A stretch of DNA of 64,000 nt from Hypanus sabinus (lineage: Eukaryota), in assembly GCF_030144855.1 (NCBI RefSeq), contig NC_082721.1, positions 43,400,001 to 43,464,000 of the forward strand. The letters are read 5' to 3'. Under the pieces are notes generated by a model. The model was given only the letters and a program-made list of their open reading frames with translations. It was not told the origin of the DNA and made no database searches. Both the position numbers and the translations under genes were made by a program. Below are positions 12,161 to 23,470 of this stretch, one piece after another. The stretch's first letter is position 1; the number at the start of each line of letters is the position of its first letter.

Positions 12161-15100
12161 GACAAGCTTATGTTTGTGGCATATGTTTACCTGTTGGAAG
12201 TATTTTCGAAGCTGCAAATGCACCTGTCAATAGTAAACAGTGCATCGTCATGTCTGAGTTTCTAACATTCATTGGAAGCATTCCTTGAGTTTCTACCTGG
12301 CATTCGCAAATTAATAATGACTCTCTCTGAAGAAGAGTCAAGCTTTGCTATAGGCTGTCAACAAGAAATAGCTAATTTGGTATTCTGTGTGAAATGGCTT
12401 TCACATTTCCCTGCCTGAAATGAAACTGTCATAGACGCAATAAAAGATTTTCCAATTCCAAGTGAGGACAACTATATCAGCCTCTGAATCAGAATGTCAC
12501 AAAAATGCATTGGAATCTTTGTACTCAAGACTAGCTGCAAGACTGGATAGAGGAAAGAAAAGACTGGCGAAACTTGGTAATTCCTACAACATGAAAAGTG
12601 ACATTCGTGTCTTTATCATGGCTTCTGACATCAGGCATGCTGTTATGCTACTCAAGGAGAGTGACTCACAGTAATTAATGATGAAACTTCAATGGTTATT
12701 TGCTATCCCAGAACATAGCCAGAGACCTGCTATCTCTCGCAGCAGCTTGTTGAAAGCTTCCTCTCCTTCGTTGCTTAATCAGTGGGTGCACCTTGACTGT
12801 TCAGAATAGATAGGAAATGTGTTGGAAAGCTCCATGAAGAAAAAACTCATAAAGGAATTCTCATAGGCTGAGACATTCAAGCAATGAACCTCATAAAGAA
12901 AATCGAGGTCCAGAAAAAAAACATTAATAGAAAGAATGTTCGGTTTGGCTCATTTGTCATTGTTGTTGAAATTCTTCCTTCCAAGAAGGAGCCTTTACAG
13001 ATCCACCACGTAACAAAGTTCTACAAATATATGATCATCAAGCGACCCTCATTATCAATGAAGATACTAATACAGATAATTTGGCATCGCTAGCTGAGTA
13101 ATGACACATGACTGCCAAGACTCCAAATAAACAGACGCAAACAAAATATAGGAAATGTTCTCTCTTGGTAGCCTTTCAAATAATCTGCTCCCATGGAAAA
13201 GGTAAATCGGAGTCTGCAGCATCTGGAATTAGTTCTTTGTCACAGAATGATTTTGTATTGGGCTCCAGGGGAAAAGAATACATGAGGAGGCAAATTGTTG
13301 GTCAGTGTATGACCTCATCAGCACCTGCACCTGCCCTTCCAAATTAGGCTCTATGAGCATTTCACTGTGTTTCAACAGGAATGCTATCAGGTGATAACAG
13401 GTATGTTCATCATTTAAGGGCAGTGTAGAAGTCTATGATAACAATGGTGAAATTGACAAGTTTTTCATGAAATCAGTATACAGTACTGATGCATTGTCAA
13501 TGTAATGGAAAAATTTGGGGATGGATGCCTGAGTAGGTTTTCAAATAAGAACTGACCCACATAGCCAACAAAAACAGAGGCATAGCTAGGCCCATGTGAG
13601 TACATATGATTATGAGCTTCTTGAGTGTGTTGAAGCTGTTCTCATCCAAACAACCGGACAGCATTCCATCACATAACTGATTTGAGCTTTGTAGGTGGTG
13701 GACAGGAATGCTTAGGAGGTGAGTTAATGCCTGGGGTATGAAACTCACAGTGCCAAAAGCTTCAGTTCCTACTCTGTCTACCTGTGACTGCACTTTCATT
13801 TAAACTGGTACTCTAAGACACCACTGTTCAACAGGTCTTCCCAGAATGCTGCCATTTATGTGAAAGTCCAACCAGATTTGATCTTGCAAAATGCAATGCC
13901 TTGCCCTTATACAAATTAAACTCCATTTGACATTCTCCATCTCCCAGTAATTTATAATGACCTTCTTCATTGTCTATCTACTACACCACATATTTTACTG
14001 TCAGCTGCAAACGTATCAATCATGTCTTGTATGTTCTTATTCAGATTGTTGATAGAGATGCCAAACATCAATGGATCCAGCATCATCCCCCAAGGCCATT
14101 ACCATTAGTAATGGGAACCAGATGCGAAAGAATTATCCACCTTGAATGCTCCCTCTGCTTTTTTTTTCATCAAGCCAATTCTGCCATCAATTTGATAGTT
14201 CTTACTGTTTCCATGTGTTACATCCTTCCAGAGCAGCCTAACAAATGAACATTAAAGATTTTCAGCAGATCACACAAATCCCATCTATGGCCTTGTCCTT
14301 ACTGTCTTTCAGATACTGCATGATAAAAAAATCTCAATCAAATTGATAAGACATGATCTCCCATGTATAAAGCCATGCCAATGCCTCTAATCAACCTATG
14401 TGTGGAGGGTCACGGCCTGAAATGTCGACTATACCCTTTTCTGTCAATGCTTCTTGGCCTGCTGAGTTCTTTTAACATTTTGTGTGTTCTGCTTGGATTT
14501 CCAGCTTCTGAGATTTTCTCTTTTTCATGTTTTTCTAGATGTGTGCATATCTTACCCCTCAGAATGTTCTCTGGTATTTACCTGCCCCAGATGTTAGAGT
14601 AACTGGTCTATAGTTCCCAGTACCCTTTGCCATCCTTTTTCTGTACATGCACAATATTTGCTACCATCCAGACCCTTACCAGCACTTGACTGTGGCAGAC
14701 AATGAGACAAATATCTGAACAAGGGCTGCTAATTTCTTCCCCAGCCAACCACTTTGTTGTTGGATATAGCTGGCCTGGCCCTAAGGATCTGTCAGCCTCC
14801 ATACTTCTTAGAAAATATAGCAAAGATAGATCTTTGCAGTTCTATAACCCACTAAACAAGAGAAGCCAGCTCATTGAATAGATCTGTGGCTGCGACTGGG
14901 CAGATCTTCAGTGGAAACCTGACAATGGATTACATTAAAAAAGTGGAGTTCAGACCAAGACTCTGTTACTGTGACCTGAATCAATGGAGTGGTCCTATGG
15001 ACTGGTCCTGTCCCCATCACCAGTGTTCTTTTGCTCAGAGAGATTGATAAACAGACTCAGGTCATGAGGACACGATCTATGTGAGAACATGTTTAGTGAC

Positions 15101-15817
15101 CACGTTTGTTTCTAATGCCAATGAACATAGCCTTAAATTTCACTGATGCATATGTATGCATTTCTCAATTCCACTCTGACCCCAGCTGCAGGTTTCTCTT
15201 GTCACTTGCTCAACCCTTCAACACACTCAGGGCTGATTTGTTCTTGGCCTCAACTTCACCAAGACCTATGTTCCCTGCACAACATCAACTGTTTAAAGAG
15301 CATGAACTAGTTCAGACACAAGTATATTCAATGTCCACTCCTCCATAGCTCTGAGGTGGAGAATGCCACAGGTTCTGGAGCCCTGAAGAAGAGAAATCCT
15401 TGCCCAGCTTCTACATTACTGGGGCATCCTTTATTATGAAATTGTTTTGCTCAGGAGAGACTCTGGTATCTGGCAGTGAGATGTCCTGTCAGCATCTATT
15501 CCTTCCCTGCTCCTATATCATCAGTCCTTATGAAATGTCTAAATTGCCTGTTTCTATCATGATTCCATCATTTCATACTGGTAGCTGAATTATAAGCACT
15601 TTTATTCAACACTGTGTCTGTATTGAAATAAACCAAAATATGTAAAAAAATTGTAATATTGCCATAATCCCAACAGCTGAACACTGAACACAGGACCTGA
15701 AAGCTCCAGCATACTCAGGTCAGATATGTTTTGGCACCAGAATATTATCATGAGCATAATTTTATAAATGGCTCCACCTTTAGCAGTGGAGAGGTTCGCT
15801 CCCATGAAGATAAAGGG

Positions 15818-16060
15818 GCAGCATGGTTGTAAAGTGATATGTACAAAGTTTTACTGGTTACCTGGGTTGACGTCCTGATGCTGGCTGTATGGAGCTTGTA
15901 TGATCTCTCCAGGACTGCATGGGTTTCCTCAGCGTGATCCAATTCCCACCCAAGTCAAAAGACGTCTGGGTTGGAAGGTCATTGTAAATTCACGTGTGAT
16001 TTTGCTCAGGTTAAATTGATAGGGTGCTGTATGGGATGGTTTGAATGGCATGTAATGTAT
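15818..16060 (+). mobile_element. tRNA-derived SINE (HE1/SacSINE-like), degenerate; mirrored at about 56290-56540
   Basis: ggcagcatggt...gctgtatggagcttgtatgatctctcc...gggtttcctc core. Confidence 0.55.
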
Positions 16061-16089
16061 GAGAGGGCCAACTCCACACTATATCAAAA

Positions 16090-16225
16090 ATAAATAATAC
16101 ATAACTAAATAGATAGCTAGATAAAAAGATCAATAAATAAATAGACACACAGATTAAAAAATAAACAATCAGACAGATCAATAAACAGATAGATAGACAG
16201 ATAGATAAATAAACAAACAAGGAAA
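16090..16225. repeat. Degenerate (GATA/GACA)n repeat; mirrored at about 56150-56270
   Basis: atagatagacagatagataaataaac runs. Confidence 0.75.
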
Positions 16226-18774
16226 TAATGAGAATGGTGCTGTGGGTTCATCTCTCTATCATAAATGTGACAGTTCATTTTTCACAAGACTGTGCTCCAG
16301 GAAAGAAATCCACCTAACCAGACTCTTTTAGCAAAGAGGGAGGTGATGTCACACTGGCCCTTCCATCAGGGAATTCACATTCGAGTATCATCATCCTTAC
16401 ACCAAACTCTTAATGCTCCTCATCTGGAGTGACAATTCACAGAATTATCTGTGGACAAATAAAAGAATAATGTTAATGAATATCTTATCTTGAATAGTTT
16501 ACCTACTAACTCAGCCTTGCTTTAGATTATAGTGAGTGATGACCAGAAATGATTATTTTGTAAAACTTGACATTCAATTTGAGGAACTGATAAATTTTTA
16601 AGTATATTTGAAAAAAAAAATCGTGTTTAATACAGGAAGCTATGACGATGGCAAATATGGGTCATTATATAGTTACTCCATTCTCAGTTGTGTTTGTCAC
16701 ATTCAAGCAAATTTTCACTAGCTCAAAGCCTGGAACGGGTCAAAATTCATCAGTTCACCTATTCTACAGTACCTCTTGTCTATTGATAAAACTTTGGATC
16801 AAAATCTCTCAATGAAAGACTCCTACCCTCTGGGTTGGTGACAGGAAATGTGGCTGCCTTTCACATAATGATCTTGTTTAAATCGCACATTTTACCTGCG
16901 GACATGGCCACGCTGTGGTTTCCAGACCCAGAGATCCAGGAACCAAAATCTAGCTTCATTTCTGTTGTTCCTCAGATATGCCCAGGCTGAATTCTTCAAT
17001 CGAATAAAGGCATACAGGAAGTAGCCTCCAATACTACTTTCAGATCAGTTGTCACTGAAAGGAGCGTCAATATCCCATTTTACACATCTGCCCTAAGTTA
17101 AAGCTCTCAGTTTCATTCTTTGTGTGTTCAAGTTTTCCAACTTTCTCTGAGGGCATTGGGAACAACAGCTCCCTGAGCCAGTGATCCCTCTTCCCAGTGG
17201 AAGCCAGACAGAGACAGTGGGCAGACGTGGATAAGTGAACCCATCTAGCCCAGTTCTGCCCTCCTCGCACAGTGAGCCATCCAGGTCATTCACATTGAAC
17301 AGGTATACGGACATGCTAATGAGCAGGGACACCTATTGTAGTTACTGCTTTCTCTATGGAAGATCAATTGATCTATTCTGAAAAATGAACCGAACAGTGG
17401 ACGCCATTGTTATATAGATCTCAGTAAATCATTATAGTAAAAGCAGATTCTATGATATGATCTCTATCGACACATTGATGGATATGGTCAATGAAATACA
17501 TTTCTCTTGAATCAGTTGCCCATTTATTGCATTCAGTTCGAATCAACCCATGTTACGAAGGATGTGGCAGCATTGGAATGGGTGCAGAAAAGGTTTACAA
17601 GATGCTGCCTAAAGTTGAGGGCAGGTACTACATGCAGTTTTTGGGAAAATCTTGTATATTTTTTGCATGATAAAAGTGTGATACCAGATGGCATGTCTTT
17701 ATGATAAGAGGGGTAAGTTCAAAGGGGATTTGCAGGGCATATGTTTACGCGAAGAGTGGTGAGTGCCTCGGCTGCACTGCCAGAGTTGGTTATGGTGTCA
17801 AATATGATAAAAGCATCGAAAAGATTCTTAAGTAGGCACATGAATTTGCAGAGAAGGAAAACATATGAACTATACATATGCAGAAAGTAATTGTTTTTTC
17901 CAGCATTAATTAACATTGTGACTCAGAAATCCTGTCCTGTTCTGTACTATTCTCTCTCTTCCTTTCCTATAATTACAGAATCCAAATTTCTCCATTTCTG
18001 TTCTCCTTGAGATACTATGGATTCACAGATTTATCACCTGGGCTTGCATTATCCAGTGGATTATCATGAATGAATGTTAATGATGCAGTGTGCTTTGCAT
18101 TATTCAGGAGAATTGCTCCACTGGAGTTAATAGTTTAATTATGTTTTCCCAGAAACTAATATCCTGAATGTCCTTGCAGACCAAAATATATACACAGCAA
18201 CCAGCACAGTTCTCAATGTAATAATCAGCTGTGAAATCTGTCTTTCTGCAGATTGCTACAGAGTGGAGTAGTTAAATCTGCAGTCATTCCTCTACCCTCA
18301 CTGACTCTCAAATTGTTATCCCACAATTGATCAGCTCAGTGGTTTGTACAGCAGTCACATTGGGGAAATGGTGCAGAATAAAGCAGAGCTCACTAGTTCC
18401 AGGGCTGCCCAGTTTCCTGCTTATTCTCATCTTCTTCCTACAGAAACAGTGGGCCATGCATTGAGAGTATCAGCACAAGGATGCCTCGGTAGCATGTGAG
18501 GAGTGTGATACAGTGCTGATATCTCACGGCTTCAGTGACCTAGATTTGATCCCAAGCTTGTCCATGTGAAGTTTTTATGTTCTCTCTGTGACTACTTGAG
18601 TTTCCCACTGATGCTCTATTTTTCTTGCACTGTGCAGATACTTTCCAGTAATGTTTCCCTTTGTGCATTGAAACAACAGACAAATCAAAGGATATTTGAT
18701 GGCATGTATTTGCCAGGACATCTAGCATTGTAATGTCAGGATTGTTTCCTGAACCACGAGATTGCGAGTGCAAG

Positions 18775-21700
18775 AAGAGCATGATCACGTATATTAATGT
18801 GTGGCTGAGAAGCTCCTGTAATGGGCATGGCTTCAGTTTCCTTGATCACTGGGGCCTCTTCTGGCAGAGGTATGATTTGTAGAAAAAGGATGGGTTGCAC
18901 CTGAACCCAAAGGGGTCCAATATGCTAGGGGGCACATTTAATAGAGCTGTAAGGGAGGGTTTAAACTAAGTTGGCAGAGGGATGGAAACTGGATTGATAG
19001 GGTTGAGGGAGTGGAAAACAGAAATAAATCAAAGATAGCATGCAACAGAGATTATAGAAAGAACAGGCAGGAGATGGGGCTTAATCAGAGCCAGTGGTCA
19101 AATTTACAGGGCAATAGAGGCATGGTGCAGGTAAAACAGAAAGCAGCAAATCCTGGACTGAAAGTGTTATATTTGAATGCACGCAACATATGGACGATCT
19201 TGAAATTCAGTTACAGATTGGCAAATGTGATGTCGTGGCCATCTCTGAAACTTGGCAAAAGGATGACTGCCATTGGGAGCTGAACATCCAAGGATATATG
19301 ATGTATCAGAAAGATACTCTGCTGACCCACGACTGTGCTGCAACACACAGCTGGAACCATATCATCAAGTTCTGCGATGACACCACGGTGGTGGGTCTCA
19401 TCAGCAAGAACGATGAGTCAGCTTATAGAGAGGAGGTGCAGCGGCTAACGTACTGGTGCAGAGCCAACAATCTGTCTCTTAATGTGAACAAACCAAAAGA
19501 GATGGTTGTTGACTTCAGGAGGGCATGGAGCGACCACTCCCCGCTGATCATCGACGGCTCCTCGGTAGAGATCGTAAAGAGCACCAAATTTCTTGGTGTT
19601 CACCTGACGGAGAATCTCACCTGGTCCCTCAACACCAGCTCCATAGCAAAGAAAGCCCAGCGGCGTCTCTACTTTTTGCGAAGGCTGAGGAAAGTCCATC
19701 TCCCACCCCACATCCTCGCTACATTCTACAGGGGTTGTATTGAGAGTGTCCTGAGCAGCTGCATCACTGCCTGGTTCGGAAATTACACCCTCTCGGATCG
19801 CAAGACCCTGCAGCGGATAGTGAGGTCAGCTGAGAAGATCATCGGGGTCTCTCTTCCCGCCATCACGGACATTTACACTACACGCTGCATCCGCAAAGGA
19901 AACAGCATTATGAAGGACCCCATGCACCTGTCATACAATCTCTTCTCCCTCCTTCCTTCTGGGATAAGGCTCCGAAGCATTCGGGCTGTTACGACCAGAG
20001 TCTATAACAGTTTCTACCCCCAAGCTATCAGACTCCTCAATACCCGAAGCCTGGACTGACACCTTGCCCTACTGTCCTGTTTATTATTTATTGTAATGCC
20101 GGTACTGTTTTTGTGCACTTTATGCAGTCCAGTGTAGGTCTGTAGTCTAGTATAGCTTTCTTTGTGTTTTTTTATTATGTAGTTCAGTCTAGTTTTTGTA
20201 TTGTGTCATGTAAACCATGGTCCTAAAACACATCTCATTTTTACTATGCACTGTACCAGCAGTTATGGTCGAAATGGCAATAAAAGTTGACTTGACTTGA
20301 TTTGACTTGAAATAGTTTAGTAGACAGAGGGGCTGGTGTAGCTCTGTGTGATAGAAATAATATTAGATCATCAGAAAGAGATGACATAGGATTGAATTGT
20401 CAAGTCTCTATGGGTTGGCAAGGGTAAATGGACCCTAATGACAGTTGTATACTGGCCTTCAAACAGCAGCCGGGAAGTGGATTTGAAATTACAGCAGGAG
20501 ATGGAAACAACATGTCAGAAAGGCAATGTCATGATAATTGTTGGGGATCTTAACATGAAAGTAGATTGGAAAAACCAGGTCAGTACTGGACCTCAAGAGA
20601 AAGAATTTGTAGAATGTCTGATGGATGGCTTTTTTAAACAGCTTGTTGTTGTTGTTGAATCACATAAAGTTGGATTACAGGTACAACAGTTTATTAAGAA
20701 GGCAAACAGAATGATGGCCTTCATTGCTAGAGGAAATGAAATCAAGAGCAGGGAAGTCATGCTGCAACTATAGAGGGTACAGGTGAGGCCACACCTGGAG
20801 TACTGTGTGTAGTTCTGTACTCCGTACTTGAGGAAAGATATCCTGGCTTTGGTGGCAGTGCAGAGGAAGCTCACCAGGTTGATTCCAGGGATGAAGGGAT
20901 TAATCTATGAGGAGAGATTGAGTCACCGGGGACTAACACACTCTGAAGTTTGGAAGAATGAGAGGGACTCCTATAGAAGCATACAAACTTTTGAAAGGTA
21001 TAGATAAGATAGAAGTAGGAAAGTTGTTTCCATTCGTAAATGAGACTAGAACTAAGGGATATTGCCGCAAGATACAGAGGAGATGATTTAGGATGGAGAT
21101 GAGCAGAAACTGTGTTTCTCAGAGAATGGTGAATCTGCAGGATTCTCTGCCCAAGGAAACTGTTGATGCTTCTTCACTATGTATATTTAAGATACAGTTA
21201 GATTGTTACATAGTGGGGGAATTAAGGGTTATGGGGAAAAGGGAGGTCGGTGAAGCTGAGTGAAATTTGAGAGGGAATAATGAAATCCAATGTGTTGCTA
21301 TTTCAGTGGAATAAAGGAAATTACAATGGCGTGAGAGGGGAACTGGCTGAAGTTGACTGGAAAGGGACATGTGTAGGAAGGACAGCAGAACAGCAATGGC
21401 TGGAGTTTCTGCAAACAATCAGGGAAATGCAAGACAGATATATTCCATTAGAAGAAATTTTCAAAGGGAAGAAGGACACTACTGTGGCTGACAACTGAAG
21501 TCAGAGTCAAAGTAAAAGCAAAAGGGATGGCATACAAGGAAGCCAGAGCAAGTGGGAAGATAGAGGATTGGGAAGCTATTAAAAACTTGCAGAAGGAAAC
21601 TAAGAAGGTCATCAGGAAGGAAAAGGTGAATAATGAAAGGAAGATGATGACTAATGTCAAAGAAGATAATAAAAGCTTTTTTAAATATATAAAGGGTAAA

Positions 21701-23470
21701 AGAGAGTCAAGGGTTGATATGATGCTGGAAATATTGTAATGAGAGATGCAGAGATGGCAGAGGAACTGAATGCATAATTTCATTAGTCTTCACAGTGGAA
21801 GGCATCTGCAGTATACTGGACATTCAAGAGTGTCAGGAAAGTGAAGTTTCTGCAGTGAAAATTACAACTGCAAAGGTGCTTGGGAAGCTTAATGGGCTGA
21901 CGGTGGATAAATCTCCTAGTCCTGATGGAATGCACACTTGGGCTCTGAAGGAAGTAGCTGGTAAAATTGTGGAGGCATTAATGATGATCTTTCAAGAATA
22001 TAGTTTCTGTCTTTGTACCAGATGACTGGAAAATTGCAAATGTAACTCCACTATTTAACAAGGGTGGGAGGCAGCAGATAGGAAACTATAGACATGTTAG
22101 CCTGATATCAGTGTTTACGAAGTTGTTGGAATTGATTGTTAGGGATAAGGTTATGGAGTACCTGGAGGCACATGACAAGATAGGTCAAAGCCAGCATGGT
22201 TTCTTTAAAGGAAATTCCTGCCTGACAAACCTACTGTAATTCTTTGAGGAAATTACAAGCAGGGTAAACAAAGGAGATGTAGTAGATGTGGTGTACTTGG
22301 ATTTTCAGAAAGCCTTTCACAAGGTGCAACACATGAGGCTGCTTAGCAAGATCAGAGCCCATTAAATTACAAGGAAATTACTAGCATGGGTGGAGCATTG
22401 GCTGTTTGGTAGAAAACAGAGAGTAGGAATAAACAGATCCTATTCTAGCTGGCTGCCGGTTACCAGTGGGGTTCCACAGGGGTCAGTGTTGGGACCACTG
22501 CATTTACATTGTATGTCAATGACTTGGACGACGGTATTAATAGATTTGTGGCTAAATTTGCCGATGATACAAAGATAGGTGGAGGAGCAGGTAGTATTGA
22601 GGAAACAGAGAGCCTGCAGAGAGACTTAGATAGTTTAGGGGAATTTGCAAAGAAGTGGCAAGTGAAATACAATGTTGGAAAGTGAATTGTCATGCACTTT
22701 GGTGGAAGAAATAAAAGGGCAGACTATTATTTAAATGGGGAGAGATGCAAAGGGACTTGGGAGTCCTTGTGCAAGATACCCCAAAGGTTAACCTCCAGGT
22801 TGAGTCAGTTGTGAGGAAGGTGAATGCAATGTTGGCATTCATTTCTAGACTTATAGACTATAAGAGCAGTGATGTGGTGTTGAGTCTCTATAAGGCTTTC
22901 GTGAGATAACACCTGGAGTATTGTGTGCTGTTTTGTGCTCCTTATTTCAGAAGGATATACTGATATTGAAGTGGGTTCAGAGAAGATTCACGAGAATGAT
23001 TCCAGGAATGAAAGGGTTACTGTATGAGGAACGTCTGTCAGCTCTTGGGCTGTATTCTCTGGAGTTCAGGAGAATGAGGGGGGATCTTATAGAAACATTC
23101 TGAATGTTAAAAGGTCAGAACAGATTAGATATCACAAAGTTATTTCCCATGATAGCGAATTATAGGACAAGAGGGCATGACTTCAGGATTGAAGGACATC
23201 CATTTAGAACTGAGGTGTGGAGGAATTACTTTAGTCAGAGGGTGGTAAATCTGTGGAATTTGTTGCCACGAGCGGCTGTGGAGGCCAAGTCATTGGGTGT
23301 ATTTAAGGCAGAGATAGATAGGTTCTCGATTAGCCAGGGCATCAGAGGGCATGGGTTGAAGGCTGGGGAGTCAGATGACTGGAAGATTTGGATCAGCCCA
23401 TGATGGAATGGTGAAGTGGATTTGATGGGCCAAATGTCCTACTTCTGCTTCCATATCTTATGGTCTTATG
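18775..23470 (+). mobile_element. CR1 LINE (ORF1 SGNH-esterase C-terminus, EN, RT, 3'UTR) with nested CR1 3' piece (about 20660-21262) and a Rex1 insert
   Basis: DHWGLFW..YDL.KKDGLHLN; LKVLYLNARNI; DVVAISETW; SPDGMH..LKEVA; TSGVPQGSVLGPL; LEYCV.FC.PYFRKDIL. Confidence 0.92.
19317..20310 (+). mobile_element. 5'-truncated Rex1/Babar LINE, young, open frame to 20059
   Basis: THDCAATHSWNHIIKFCDDTTVVGLIS...[13 protein letters not shown]; (cttga)n tail; short ata TSD; empty site in the right arm at about 55490. Confidence 0.92.

Noticed and set aside
13740-13770. V(D)J recombination signal (cacagtg heptamers here and elsewhere)
   Set aside because: No nonamer at 12/23 spacing and no Ig or TCR segment motifs nearby
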